Program-made: the position numbers and the translations under genes
Origin: a virus
Taxonomy: Duplodnaviria; Caudoviricetes
Strand: one strand, 5' to 3'
Length of the DNA stretch: 64,000 nt
Virus record (IMG/VR): IMGVR_UViG_3300021401_000005
Coordinates: 1-64,000 of that record
Notes under the pieces: generated by a model
Databases searched by the model: none
What the model was told of the DNA's origin: nothing
The model's input: only the letters and a program-made list of their open reading frames with translations
Shown here: positions 54,931 through 64,000 of the stretch, piece after piece
How the letters are laid out: each line of letters opens with the position of its first letter
How positions within the stretch are numbered: the stretch's first letter is position 1

Positions 54931-55178
54931 CGACGGGGCCTCTGATTTAGCCGCTGCTCTTTCCGAGTTGCCCCATGGATAGTTTTGGCGGCGGCGGCGC
55001 GCTCAAGCATGAGGCAGCCGCAGGATTGAGTGGTGCCTGACCTCAAGCGATCTTTCCGCGTCGTTTTCTGCCCGCCGCAATCACAACGACAGACAGCGAG
55101 GATGCGCCTCCCATCGCCTTGAAGCTCGATGACAGTGAGTCGTCCGAACCGGCGACCTATCAAGCTTTCAGGGATCAC
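54927..55178 (-). CDS. N-terminal Cys-rich fragment of an HNH/AP2-type homing endonuclease
   Basis: LIGRRFGRLTVI..CRCDCG..LRSGTTQSCGC..HG, with no nuclease domain following. Confidence 0.65.
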   Translation of the reverse strand: MIPESLIGRRFGRLTVIELQGDGRRILAVCRCDCGGQKTTRKDRLRSGTTQSCGCLMLERAAAAKTIHGATRKEQRLNQRPRR

Positions 55179-55447
55179 GCGTGGCCCTCTGTTTCGGGCT
55201 GGCCCTCGAACCGGGCGATCATCTCCTTGAACAGCGTCACGATGTCGCGTCGGTCAGCGCCATTGCTGATGAAGTTCGCCCGTCCCTCGTGATCGGCGAA
55301 GGGAAACACGAGAAGGACGAATCCGGTCTTGCGGTCCTTGCCCTTGGCTTTGCCATTGAACATCTCATCGAGAGCGCCCGCCATCGCGTTCATCATCTCG
55401 ATGTATTCTGGCTCGATCGGCCCGTCGCCGAGTGAATGCTTAACCAT
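55175..55447 (-). CDS. hypothetical phage protein
   Basis: ALDEMFNG..GFVLLVFPF..ANFISNGADR. Confidence 0.65.
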   Translation of the reverse strand: MVKHSLGDGPIEPEYIEMMNAMAGALDEMFNGKAKGKDRKTGFVLLVFPFADHEGRANFISNGADRRDIVTLFKEMIARFEGQPETEGHA

Positions 55448-55464
55448 CGGCCTTCTCCGATATT

Positions 55465-55782
55465 TCATCGCTGGAAAACCGTGACGCGGATAAAGGAATC
55501 CGGCCCGCGCATGCGCCGGACCCAATCGGCGAAGCTCTCGCCCTCCGGACAGAAGCCGTGGATGAAGTGCTCTTCGTTGCAGCGCTTGATCTCTGCGAGG
55601 CCGCGCTCCGCGCACTTGGGACAATAGGAATACGAGCCGAACAGGAAGCCGCCGCTCTCCGGCCGGTTCGTCCAATCCTGGCTGCAAATATCGCAGACGA
55701 CCGTGGCGCCGATCAGAACCTTGGTTCCCGGCTCGGCGAAGGCCTTCGACCATTTGCCATGCAGATCGTCAGGTATTGTCAT
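55465..55782 (-). CDS. Zn-finger-like protein
   Basis: VCDICSQDW..YCPKC. Confidence 0.65.
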   Translation of the reverse strand: MTIPDDLHGKWSKAFAEPGTKVLIGATVVCDICSQDWTNRPESGGFLFGSYSYCPKCAERGLAEIKRCNEEHFIHGFCPEGESFADWVRRMRGPDSFIRVTVFQR

Positions 55783-56203
55783 CGACCTTCACCGCGCGCG
55801 TTTTCTGGTTGACGAGGTATTTCCGGACCGCCGCCCGATGCCCGATTTCGGCGTCGTCCCAAGACGAATAACGCTCCTGACAGAGCGTCTCGGGGACTGG
55901 CTCCGGCGGGCCGCCGCAGAAGCTCATCGTCCGGCCCTCTTGCTGGAAAGCCATGGTCTCGAACAGAAGCGGCGGCCCCTTGCCCAAGTGCCAGCGATGA
56001 TCGAGGCCCATGAACACCGTCGAAACCCACTTAGTCGCGTTGCCGCTCCACCAGAGGCTTCGATGCGCAGGCTCCTCCAGCCACCGGCCCCACTTGTGCA
56101 TGCTGTAGCAGGGGATTGGCGTGTGCCCGTCCTCGCCGCCCAGGATGTATTGGCCGAGCCACGGAAGGTCAGGAAAATCATCCAGCATGCGCCGCTTCGG
56201 CAT
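55769..56203 (-). CDS. hypothetical phage protein
   Basis: VSTVFMGLDH..PLLFETMAF..RYSSWDDAEIGH. Confidence 0.7.
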   Translation of the reverse strand: MPKRRMLDDFPDLPWLGQYILGGEDGHTPIPCYSMHKWGRWLEEPAHRSLWWSGNATKWVSTVFMGLDHRWHLGKGPPLLFETMAFQQEGRTMSFCGGPPEPVPETLCQERYSSWDDAEIGHRAAVRKYLVNQKTRAVKVDDNT

Positions 56204-56537
56204 CGTTTAGGCTCCACAATCCACCGTCCGAGCGGATCTTCCCCTCTTTCCGCCACTTGGCGATCAGGCCGTTCAGCGAAGATTCGGCGAACCCGGCAAT
56301 CCCGAGGGCCTGTCGCAGCTCGCCCCAGCGCTTAGGTCCAGTCTTCAGGGCGCCGTGGAGGATTTCGCCTGACGACACATAAATACCCACCGCTGCCTTT
56401 TTGGGCGGCTCGATCGCTGCAACCTCCTCGACCGGCCAGACCTTCAGGTCCGGGTCCCACTGGGCGCCCTTGAACGCGGCATCGATGATGGCGGCCAGAC
56501 GGTCCCCGCTGACTGTCACCTGAATGCGGTATTTCAT
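56178..56537 (-). CDS. hypothetical protein with winged-helix-like C-terminus
   Basis: RBS AGGAG; first gene of the leftward early operon. Confidence 0.6.
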   Translation of the reverse strand: MKYRIQVTVSGDRLAAIIDAAFKGAQWDPDLKVWPVEEVAAIEPPKKAAVGIYVSSGEILHGALKTGPKRWGELRQALGIAGFAESSLNGLIAKWRKEGKIRSDGGLWSLNDAEAAHAG

Positions 56538-56693
56538 TTTCGACTCCTGCGGGGGACGACCCTGACTGGGGCCGCCCCCCGACCTCCCGTGGATCGGCCA
56601 GCTATTGGCGCGCGCCTTAGCGGCCTGCCTCGCTGCCGTTCCCGACGCCAGCGCTCGATTCGGCCGAACAGCTAACCGATGGGCGAATCCATC

Positions 56694-56741
56694 TTGCAGA
56701 ACGTGCAAGACGCGGTCAAATGGAATTTGCATCGACCGCAA
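56694..56741. promoter_or_regulatory. tandem TTGCA-N5-TGCAA operators at the divergent early switch
   Basis: TTGCA-gaacg-TGCAA 56694-56708 and TTGCA-tcgac-CGCAA 56727-56741. Confidence 0.7.
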
Positions 56742-56762
56742 CTCGCGCGCTATCCTGCGGCG

Positions 56763-56990
56763 ATGCGCTTGAGCGAATATCTGGCCAAGAACGAAATGAA
56801 CCCCGAGCAATTCGCGGCGAAGGTGGGCGTCCACCCGACCACGATCTATCGACTGCTCTCGGGCGCGACCATCCCCAAGCGCCAAAACCTTAAGAAAATC
56901 ATGGCGGCGACCGAGGGCGAGGTCGATATCAGTGATCTGATGTTTGCTGTCTCCTCCCAGTCGAAACCCGATGCCAAGGAGGCAGTATGA
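56763..56990 (+). CDS. Cro/XRE-type HTH regulator
   Basis: MRLSEYL..PEQFAAKVGVHPTTIYRLLSG..P..IMAATEGEV. Confidence 0.85.
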   Translation: MRLSEYLAKNEMNPEQFAAKVGVHPTTIYRLLSGATIPKRQNLKKIMAATEGEVDISDLMFAVSSQSKPDAKEAV

Positions 56991-57427
56991 CCGAGCGACC
57001 GAACGGGCCAACCCAAGAGGAAACAGAGGAAGTCGTCCAAGCGATCGAGGGGTACATGGCGGACCTTCAGTCCGAGAAATCCCTCTATATGTCCCGGTGC
57101 AAGCCGATCCACGAGGCGATCAAGGACACCATCGAGGATGCGGTCAAAACCAAGGGGTTCGACAAAAAAGCGTTGAAGGTGGGCGTCAAGCAGCGCGAAT
57201 TTCTCCGCAAAATGGAGAAGCTTGAAAACGAGCTGGACGAGGTCACCCAGCACGCGCTCGACCGGCTCCAGCTCCACCTCGGGACGTTCGTTGATTCGCC
57301 GCTCGGCAGGGCGGCCATGGATGCGGCAAGGGCTGGCACGGTGCGGCGCCCGCGTAAGAGGCGCGATCCCATCGAGGAGCTGGTGCGCGAGGACGAGCCG
57401 CCGGAAGACGCCGCCGCCGCCGAATAG
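56987..57427 (+). CDS. GapR/DUF2312-like DNA-binding protein
   Basis: IHEAIKDTIEDAVKTKGFDKKALKVGVKQR..LG..DSPLG. Confidence 0.55.
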   Translation: MTERPNGPTQEETEEVVQAIEGYMADLQSEKSLYMSRCKPIHEAIKDTIEDAVKTKGFDKKALKVGVKQREFLRKMEKLENELDEVTQHALDRLQLHLGTFVDSPLGRAAMDAARAGTVRRPRKRRDPIEELVREDEPPEDAAAAE

Positions 57428-57436
57428 CTGGCGGCC

Positions 57437-57994
57437 ATGCCCAAAATCCTCGCCATCGATGCGGCGACGCAATGCGGCCTTGCTTCCGGCGAGGCCGGAG
57501 AAATTCCACGGCTCGGAACCGAACAGTTTGGGGATAGCGGGGACAACCAGCTGGAGGTTGGCGCCCGGTGCTTGAGATGGATCGCCCATCGGCTGACAGA
57601 TGACCGTCCGGATGAAATTTGGATGGAGGAACCGTTGCCGTTTGGGGGGAAGGAAGGCCAATCGAGCGCGGCGTCCCGCCTCCGGCTTACCGGGCTCGTC
57701 ATGGTCATCGGCTCAGCCGCGCGCCTCAAGGGCGTACCCGTACACATGGTCCGGATCACGACGGCCCGCAAAGGCTTCATCGGCCATGGCGGGCTCAAGC
57801 GCGAGATCGCCAAGAAGCGCTCGCGCGCCATGTGCCGGTTGCTCGGCTGGAACCCGATGAACGACGACGAGGCGGACGCGGGCTGCATCTTCTGGTTCGC
57901 CAGCCTCGCCCACGGCAAGGCGCCGCTGATCTCCAAGCTGATGCACAAGCAGTGCGTCGAGGTTGTTCCGTTCCGACGGCGGGTGGCCGCATGA
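57437..57994 (+). CDS. RuvC-like Holliday junction resolvase
   Basis: KILAIDAAT..IWMEEP..NDDEADA acidic catalytic set. Confidence 0.8.
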   Translation: MPKILAIDAATQCGLASGEAGEIPRLGTEQFGDSGDNQLEVGARCLRWIAHRLTDDRPDEIWMEEPLPFGGKEGQSSAASRLRLTGLVMVIGSAARLKGVPVHMVRITTARKGFIGHGGLKREIAKKRSRAMCRLLGWNPMNDDEADAGCIFWFASLAHGKAPLISKLMHKQCVEVVPFRRRVAA

Positions 57995-58212
57995 TCGACG
58001 CCGAATGGCACGCCATGCGCAAACGCTATGAGGCGTTTCTCGCCACCGATCTGGGCAAGCTCTATCGCGCTTACGATCACGCGACCATCGACTATTGGCG
58101 GCGCGACGGCGACGACAGCATCTCCCCAGCGCGGCTAAGGGAGCTTGACCAGATCTGCCGGGAGAAGACCAACGCCTTCGTCGCCAAGCTGATGGAACTG
58201 GCGAATGTCTGA
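57991..58212 (+). CDS. hypothetical protein
   Basis: ATGA coupling. Confidence 0.5.
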   Translation: MIDAEWHAMRKRYEAFLATDLGKLYRAYDHATIDYWRRDGDDSISPARLRELDQICREKTNAFVAKLMELANV

Positions 58213-58534
58213 CGCGCCCGTCATCGACCACAGGGCCGAAGAGGAGGAGGCCAAGGACCGGAAGCGCGAGGCGATGCTTTGCTTCATCCGCGACGTGCTC
58301 ATCGAGAGCGCCTGCGGCCTACGCACCGGCTTCGAGGCCAACAGCTTCCTCTACTGCCAGAGCAAAGAGGGCAAGGCCCAGCTGAAGCGCGTCGTCGCCA
58401 TGGAGGCGGCGGCCGACGTGTTCACGCACATCGTCGGCCAATGGCAGAATGTCGATCAGAAGCACCCGCGCCAAGACTGGGTGAAGACGATCGCCAAGCA
58501 GGCGATGGCGACGTTCATCGAGGCGTTCCGATGA
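58205..58534 (+). CDS. hypothetical protein
   Basis: Operonic ORF. Confidence 0.55.
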   Translation: MSDAPVIDHRAEEEEAKDRKREAMLCFIRDVLIESACGLRTGFEANSFLYCQSKEGKAQLKRVVAMEAAADVFTHIVGQWQNVDQKHPRQDWVKTIAKQAMATFIEAFR

Positions 58535-58713
58535 CGATGCCCAAAGAGGTCTGGCAGTGGGAAAGCAGGCCACTGACGCGCAAGCAGGCTGAGCTATTCC
58601 AGCCACGCGGCGCGTCGCGCAAACCGTCCCAGGTCTACGACCGGGATGCGGTGAGGGAATATCTGAGCGGCAAGATCAGCCGCGAGGAGATGCTGAGACG
58701 AATAAGAAGTTGA
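58531..58713 (+). CDS. hypothetical protein
   Basis: ATGA coupling. Confidence 0.45.
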   Translation: MTMPKEVWQWESRPLTRKQAELFQPRGASRKPSQVYDRDAVREYLSGKISREEMLRRIRS

Positions 58714-58747
58714 ACTTAGCGCCCAATTCGGAAGGCGGACCGAGCGA

Positions 58748-59944
58748 ATGGCGCGTGCAAGTAGAGCCGAATGGGAGAACTGGATCGCGCTCGCTCGAAC
58801 GCGGGACATCCATGACGTCGCCGTCGAGCATGGCGCGCACCTAAAGCGCGAGGGCCACGAATGGATCGGCCCCTGCCCGATCTGCGGCGGCCGAGACCGC
58901 TTCGCCGTCAATCAGCAAAAGCGGATCTTCAATTGTCGAGGCGCCGGCGAAGGCACCTATGGCGCGGGCGACAACATCAATCTCGTGATGCATGTCGTCG
59001 GCTGCGACTTCATCGAGGCGGTCGAGCGCATCACCGGCACGCCGCGCCCGGATCGGACCCGCGACGAGAACGCGGACGAGCGCAAGAAACGAGAGCTACG
59101 GCACGCCGCGCTGGCGACCGAATATGCCCGCCGGGAGGCAGAAGAGCGGGCCGCGCTGGAGGCCAAGGCGGCGGCGGACGAGGCCAAGGTCGCCGACGTC
59201 ATCAAGCGCGCCAAGCCGCTCGACGGGACAACCCACGCGGACGCTTACATGCGCGAGACGCGCGGCCTGACCCCGCCGCGTTGGCTCACGGGCGATCTCC
59301 GGTTTGTGGCGTCCCTTGATTATTGGGGGGCGGGCGACAACGGCTCCAACGAGCCCGTTCTCCTCGCCAGCGTACCAGCTCTGATCGCCATAATCCGAGA
59401 CGCGCTCGGCGACGTCATCGGCATCTCCCAGACCTATCTCGACCCCAACGAGCCCCGGAAATGGACGCCAACCGGGAGCCCGCGAAACAGCCCGAAGAAA
59501 ATTCGCGGCAAGAAACACGGCGGCATGATCCGTCTCGGGCGTCCGGCCGAGACGATCGCGATAGCGGAGGGCTGGGAGAATGCGCTCGCTTGGTATCAGC
59601 TCGGGCTCGGCCCCGAAGAGGTGATGCTGGCCGCCGCAGTCGACCTGGGGAACCTCGCCGGCCGCGCGACCGGCCAAATCGCCCATAAGACGCTAGTCGA
59701 TCCGGAAGGGCGGCCCAGGCGTATGCCCAACGGCAAGCCAGACCCGAAGGCTCCAGGCCTCATCCTGCCGCAGGGCATCCGCTCCGTGATCATCATCGCC
59801 GACACCGATTCCGAGAGCTACGCCACGGCAGGGCTTCTCGCGGTCGCGGTGCGCCGTTTCCAGGCGCAGGAACTCAACGTCGAGATCAGCTGGCCGCCGG
59901 CCGGCAAGGATTACAACCAAATTTTGCTGGAGGAGAGTCGATGA
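58748..59944 (+). CDS. DNA primase (Zn finger plus Toprim)
   Basis: GPCPICGGRDRF..FNCRG; IAIAEGWENALA; IIIADTD..GKDYN. Confidence 0.88.
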   Translation: MARASRAEWENWIALARTRDIHDVAVEHGAHLKREGHEWIGPCPICGGRDRFAVNQQKRIFNCRGAGEGTYGAGDNINLVMHVVGCDFIEAVERITGTPRPDRTRDENADERKKRELRHAALATEYARREAEERAALEAKAAADEAKVADVIKRAKPLDGTTHADAYMRETRGLTPPRWLTGDLRFVASLDYWGAGDNGSNEPVLLASVPALIAIIRDALGDVIGISQTYLDPNEPRKWTPTGSPRNSPKKIRGKKHGGMIRLGRPAETIAIAEGWENALAWYQLGLGPEEVMLAAAVDLGNLAGRATGQIAHKTLVDPEGRPRRMPNGKPDPKAPGLILPQGIRSVIIIADTDSESYATAGLLAVAVRRFQAQELNVEISWPPAGKDYNQILLEESR

Positions 59945-59950
59945 GCCCAC

Positions 59951-59965
59951 TTGCACGAACTGCAA
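59951..59965. promoter_or_regulatory. TTGCA-N5-TGCAA operator
   Basis: TTGCA-cgaac-TGCAA in the gap between primase and helicase. Confidence 0.55.
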
Positions 59966-59981
59966 ATGCCGGGGTAGGCTG

Positions 59982-61307
59982 ATGACCGTCTACCCCGCCG
60001 TTCTGGAGCACCCGGTCGGGATCGAGTCGGGCACCGATTTCCTCAAGCGCATCGCCTTCATTTTTGAGGAGCCGGTCCGCAGCAAGTTTGGAGCTTTGTA
60101 CTTGGACCAGCTCGACGATCCTGGCCCGGAGCACAATTGGCTGGTAGCTGGCTGGCTCGCCGCTAACGAGGTTTCCGTGGTCGCCGGGGCCTCGCGCTCG
60201 GGCAAGTCATTTCTCGCCCTCGAAACCGGGTTATGCGTCGCCGAGGCGCGCCCGCTCTTTGGCTTGAAGGTCAAGCATGGCGCGGTGGTCTATCAAGCGG
60301 GCGAGGGCGCGATAGGCGTCAAAAAGCGGTTGCGTGCTTGGCGCCAGCATCACGGCCGGATCTGGACCCGTGAGACGCCGTTCGTCTTGTTGCAGCGGCC
60401 GATCGATATCTATCACTCCACCGAAGACGTCGATTCGCTGATCGCCGAGATCTTAGCTCATGCCAAGGTTTTCGAGGACCCGCTCCGCCTCGTCGTCATC
60501 GATACGCTCGCGACCGCAACCCCAGGCGCCGATGAGAACTCGGGCCGGGACATGTCGACGGTTCTCGGGAATGTCGCGCGAATCAGCGACAAGTGCGGTT
60601 GTCACGTCATGCTCGTCCACCACCTCAACGCGGCGGGCGGCAAGCTGCGCGGCCACACATCGGTCTACGCGAATGTTGGCCAAGTGATCTTGGTCGAGCG
60701 CGACGAGGAAACCGGAATCAGGACGGTCAAGCTCGACAAACAGAAAGACGACGAAGACGGCAAGACGATGAAATTCGAGCTGATGCAGATCACGATCGGC
60801 GTCGATGAGGACGGCGAGAAAATCACGTCATGCGTCTGCCTGCCGGTCGGCGAGAAGGACGCCGTCAGGCGCGAGGAGGAGCTGAAGGGCTTCCGCCTCA
60901 ACAAGACCCAAGAGGTGTTTATGCAGGCCTTCTTCGACTGCGAGCGCCGATATGGCACCCCGGTGCCCCGAGAGGTTTCCTTGCCTGTCTATGTGCGTTC
61001 TCTGGCCCCGTGGGAGGACGTCAAGCGGATCTATGGCGACATGAGCCCATCTGATGCGCTGACGCCGGACCAGCAGACCACCGCAGAGGCGGAGATCGCC
61101 GACAGGCGCTGGAGGGAAACCATGAAGAAACGGATTCAGCGGATGCGCGAGGACTTGGAGGCGCTGGGCGTCCTGGGCGTCGTGCGCCACGAGGGAAAGA
61201 CCTCAGTGTACTGGACCGGCAAGCCGCTCCGCGCGTTTCCCGAAACACAACCCCGCCAGAAGCCCGAGAGTGAAGACTCGGAGCCCGTGGCTGACGTGGA
61301 TTTTTGA
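59982..61307 (+). CDS. RepA-like (AAA_25, SF4) replicative helicase
   Basis: Walker A GASRSGKS, YQAGEG, Walker B VVIDT, DENS, LVHH, LRGHTS, KQKD. Confidence 0.9.
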   Translation: MTVYPAVLEHPVGIESGTDFLKRIAFIFEEPVRSKFGALYLDQLDDPGPEHNWLVAGWLAANEVSVVAGASRSGKSFLALETGLCVAEARPLFGLKVKHGAVVYQAGEGAIGVKKRLRAWRQHHGRIWTRETPFVLLQRPIDIYHSTEDVDSLIAEILAHAKVFEDPLRLVVIDTLATATPGADENSGRDMSTVLGNVARISDKCGCHVMLVHHLNAAGGKLRGHTSVYANVGQVILVERDEETGIRTVKLDKQKDDEDGKTMKFELMQITIGVDEDGEKITSCVCLPVGEKDAVRREEELKGFRLNKTQEVFMQAFFDCERRYGTPVPREVSLPVYVRSLAPWEDVKRIYGDMSPSDALTPDQQTTAEAEIADRRWRETMKKRIQRMREDLEALGVLGVVRHEGKTSVYWTGKPLRAFPETQPRQKPESEDSEPVADVDF

Positions 61308-61308
61308 T

Positions 61309-61533
61309 ATGGCGCGCAAGACAATCCCGGCCGCCGAAGAGGTGCAGTGGATGGGCCTGTGCCCGTGCGGCTGCGGCTCGTTCAAGGCCGTGCTGGTCGA
61401 CGCGAACGACAAGTGCATCGCCACGTTTGGATGGGACCGCGAGGGCTGGGTGGCGTTCACGGCCGGCGTGATCCGGCAGATTGATGGAGAGTCGATGGAT
61501 GGCACGATCTGCCCAAGCCACACGGCGCATTGA
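61309..61533 (+). CDS. hypothetical protein
   Basis: CPCGCGS motif. Confidence 0.5.
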   Translation: MARKTIPAAEEVQWMGLCPCGCGSFKAVLVDANDKCIATFGWDREGWVAFTAGVIRQIDGESMDGTICPSHTAH

Positions 61534-61937
61534 TGGGTGAGAAGAAACGGCGCGGCGGCGGTCTGCACGAGCGGATCAACGCGCGCCTTCACGCGCCCGA
61601 CCATCGTATGCCCCCGTCCGCCTGTCTTGAGTGCGGCAAGCTGCTCGACTGCGCCTCGGTCACCGACGGCGAGGATGTCGCGCCCCATCCCGGTGCGATC
61701 TCGATCTGCTTCTCTTGCGGCCACATCCAAGCTTTTGGCGACGATCTGAGGTTCCGGCCACTCACCGACGAGGAAATCTACGACATCGCCGGCCATCCAG
61801 AGATCGTCATGGCTGGAACCGTGCTCGCGCCCTGGCGCGAGCTATACGAGCAACGGGACGCGCTCACCGAGAAGGAAATCGAGGCGCGCTTGACCATCAT
61901 CATCAAGGCGATGGCCAAAGCCGAGAGGAGCCGCTGA
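61533..61937 (+). CDS. Zn-ribbon protein
   Basis: CLECG..P.PG.ISICFSCG. Confidence 0.65.
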   Translation: MGEKKRRGGGLHERINARLHAPDHRMPPSACLECGKLLDCASVTDGEDVAPHPGAISICFSCGHIQAFGDDLRFRPLTDEEIYDIAGHPEIVMAGTVLAPWRELYEQRDALTEKEIEARLTIIIKAMAKAERSR

Positions 61938-62146
61938 TGATGGGTCCAGGCAGATACGACGACGAAGCCACGAAGGTCATGGAAGCCACCAAAGCCAACG
62001 GCGTGATCGTCATCGTGATCGGCGGCAACAAGGGCGAAGGCTTTGCCTGTCAGGCGACGCTGGAGGTCACACACGCCTTGCCTTCGATGCTGAGACATAT
62101 CGCCGATCAAATCGAGGCCGACTTCAATACGGGAGATCACCATTGA
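61937..62146 (+). CDS. hypothetical protein
   Basis: GPGRYDD..VIVIVIGG..LRHIADQIE. Confidence 0.6.
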   Translation: MMGPGRYDDEATKVMEATKANGVIVIVIGGNKGEGFACQATLEVTHALPSMLRHIADQIEADFNTGDHH

Positions 62147-62427
62147 ACGACGAGACCCCGAAAGAGGCTCCTCATCCCTTCCCGCGATCGGTCGAGGCGT
62201 TCGAGGAGGTTCTCAAGCGCGCGCACGACGCTACGATCGCCGCCTTCGCTGTGCTGACCATCGACCCCGCCGGCATCGTTAAGTGGACTTGGCATTTTGG
62301 CGCCCGCCCGCAAACGGACCTGATCGGCGGCCTCGAATGTATGCGGTGGACGATTGTCACCAAAGCCATGCAGCCGGTCGAGCCGCCGCCGCCGATACCG
62401 GACCCGCCGACCAACGTGCGCCAATGA
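62143..62427 (+). CDS. hypothetical protein
   Basis: Operonic ORF, TTG start. Confidence 0.5.
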   Translation: MNDETPKEAPHPFPRSVEAFEEVLKRAHDATIAAFAVLTIDPAGIVKWTWHFGARPQTDLIGGLECMRWTIVTKAMQPVEPPPPIPDPPTNVRQ

Positions 62428-62523
62428 AAACGCCGCACGACGAGAAGTTGAAGGCGACGATTCACGAGTGCCAATGCTCGATTGACGAGATCGAGGCCTA
62501 CATCAACGATTTGAGAAGTCGAC

Positions 62524-62883
62524 ATGGAACTGTGGAAGCTCAAGCGCCTGAGACAGTGCGAGCATTGCCCTTGGAGAAAGGCGACAAACCCCCACGACAT
62601 CCCAAACGGCTACACCGAAGAGCGGCACCGTAACCTCAAGGAGACGATCGCGGCGGACCCCATGGCTTCGCTCGCCGCCTACCTCGAAGGGCGCGAGATG
62701 AAGATTATGGCGTGTCACGAAATGCAGGACACGCATTGCGTCGGGTGGCTCAACCATCAGCTCGGCCCCGGCAACAATGTGCAGCTGCGCCTGCACATGC
62801 GCGGCTGCACCAACGCCAAGGCTATTCGCCTGCGGGGTCCCCAGCACCTGACGTTTGAGGATACCTTGCCGCCCGACGCTTGA
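62524..62883 (+). CDS. DUF6283-like Cys-rich protein
   Basis: CEHCPWRK..MACHE..HCVGWL. Confidence 0.65.
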   Translation: MELWKLKRLRQCEHCPWRKATNPHDIPNGYTEERHRNLKETIAADPMASLAAYLEGREMKIMACHEMQDTHCVGWLNHQLGPGNNVQLRLHMRGCTNAKAIRLRGPQHLTFEDTLPPDA

Positions 62884-62999
62884 GCGTGTCAGCGAGCGCG
62901 GCCTTGGCCGTCATAAATGATCGGTAATAGCCAAGGACGCAGTAGCCCTCACTGAGGACGTAGGTCCAGCCAACGATAGACTTGAACTTTGTGATGCGC

Positions 63000-63521
63000 A
63001 TGGGGGAATCGTTGGGCAAGCGATCGACTTTCGCGAGGGTCGAGAGAGATCTCTACCAGACGCCCGTGGAGGCCGTCAGGCCACTGCTGCGCTGGCTCAA
63101 GCCGCAAACCCCGTTCATCGAGCCATGCTGCGGCGAAGGGGCGCTGGCGGGCATCCTAGAGGCTTCTGGGCACCGTCTCGTTGGCAGCTTCGATCTGCCG
63201 ACTGACGCGCGCTCTCACTCCTACAGCCCCTATTCGGTGCCTGGAGTGATCTTCATTACGAATCCCCCCTTCTGGGGGAGGCCCAAGGAGCTGCACCCGC
63301 TGATCGAAAACTTGTCGGATCAGGCGCCAACATGGCTCCTGATGTCGGCCGATTGGCTTTTCAACCAAACGTCCGGCCCCCTCGTCGCCAAGCGGCTGCG
63401 CCGGGTTGTCGCGATCGGCCGCGTCAAGTGGATCGAAGGATCGCCCCATGTCGGTAAGGACAATTGCGCGTGGATGCTGTTTTACAAGCACGGGCGCCGC
63501 GCCACATTCATCGGGCGATGA
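63000..63521 (+). CDS. DNA amino-methyltransferase (probably N6-adenine)
   Basis: DLYQTP, IEPCCGEG (motif I), ITNPPF (motif IV); start uncertain. Confidence 0.75.
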   Translation: MGESLGKRSTFARVERDLYQTPVEAVRPLLRWLKPQTPFIEPCCGEGALAGILEASGHRLVGSFDLPTDARSHSYSPYSVPGVIFITNPPFWGRPKELHPLIENLSDQAPTWLLMSADWLFNQTSGPLVAKRLRRVVAIGRVKWIEGSPHVGKDNCAWMLFYKHGRRATFIGR

Positions 63522-63533
63522 TATGACTGGGGC

Positions 63534-63773
63534 ATGGACTCGGCCGCAACGCTGGCTCACGACCTCTCGCCACGCGAGCGCGAATGCCTGCTGTGGGTTG
63601 CGCGCGGCAAGACCTATGCGGAAGCCGCGCTGATTATTGGAATGTCGTTCGGCTCGGTGAAAACCTACCTCGACAATGCGCGCTACAAATTGAATTGCGC
63701 CACCCTGGCCCAGGCGACAGCCAAGGCGGTCACCCTTGGCATTTTCACCGCTGACGATCTGGCAGGGCGCTAG
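63534..63773 (+). CDS. LuxR-type HTH protein
   Basis: LSPRERECLLWVARGKT..TYLDNARYKLN. Confidence 0.85.
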   Translation: MDSAATLAHDLSPRERECLLWVARGKTYAEAALIIGMSFGSVKTYLDNARYKLNCATLAQATAKAVTLGIFTADDLAGR

Positions 63774-64000
63774 CCCAGCTTGAGCGCCTTAGCGCGCTCG
63801 CGCACTTCCTTCGCAAAGATCCACCAGTTCTCGTCCTGCGGCAGGCTGGCGACATAGCTCAACTTGAATCTTTGATGATACTTACGCGCAAACTCATCGT
63901 CGCCTGTCGCATGCGCCAGGAGCGCGAGCGCGAGTTGAGCTGGGCCGCTTCCGCCGTAACCCCACTCGAAACCGTCAGGGGAGTGGTTGTCGAGGTCGAG
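63770..64000 (-). CDS. DUF6166-like protein, 5'-truncated by the window edge
   Basis: Manual translation: NHSPDGFEWGYGGSGPAQLALALLAHA..YHQRFK..stop. Confidence 0.7.
   Translation of the reverse strand, partial: LDLDNHSPDGFEWGYGGSGPAQLALALLAHATGDDEFARKYHQRFKLSYVASLPQDENWWIFAKEVRERAKALKLG

Noticed and set aside
1-64000. Self-targets of the GGC-NN guides, tRNA genes, reverse transcriptase/DGR
   Set aside because: None recognised by eye; a gapped-pattern search and tRNAscan are needed, so absence is not established

Overview
Most of a high-GC tailed (podovirus-like) dsDNA phage or prophage genome, probably of an Alphaproteobacterium (inferred from PEPxxWA-CTERM, DUF3309-like and GapR-like genes). 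Left to right: terminase (0.3-2.5 kb), accessory island (2.5-10.8 kb), portal, head, tail and ejection genes (10.9-43.4 kb), a secreted/PEP-CTERM cassette and GH19 lysis module (44.8-49.9 kb), a leftward early operon with RecT/YqaJ (50.3-56.5 kb), and a rightward Cro/RuvC/primase/helicase/methylase operon (56.8-63.8 kb). No rRNA, tRNA, canonical CRISPR array, DNA polymerase or tyrosine integrase was recognised. The standout is a lone Cas7/RAMP-like gene (3456-4049) flanked by non-coding tracts of strictly 5-nt-periodic GGC-NN units. The downstream array is split by an exact 20-bp AT-rich repeat and closed by a GC hairpin. Three more hairpin-terminated GGC-NN units lie elsewhere (about 2.5, 17.0 and 50.2 kb). 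This looks like a phage RNA-guided system with a non-contiguous guide code. All family assignments come from recognising motifs by eye; no database search was run.
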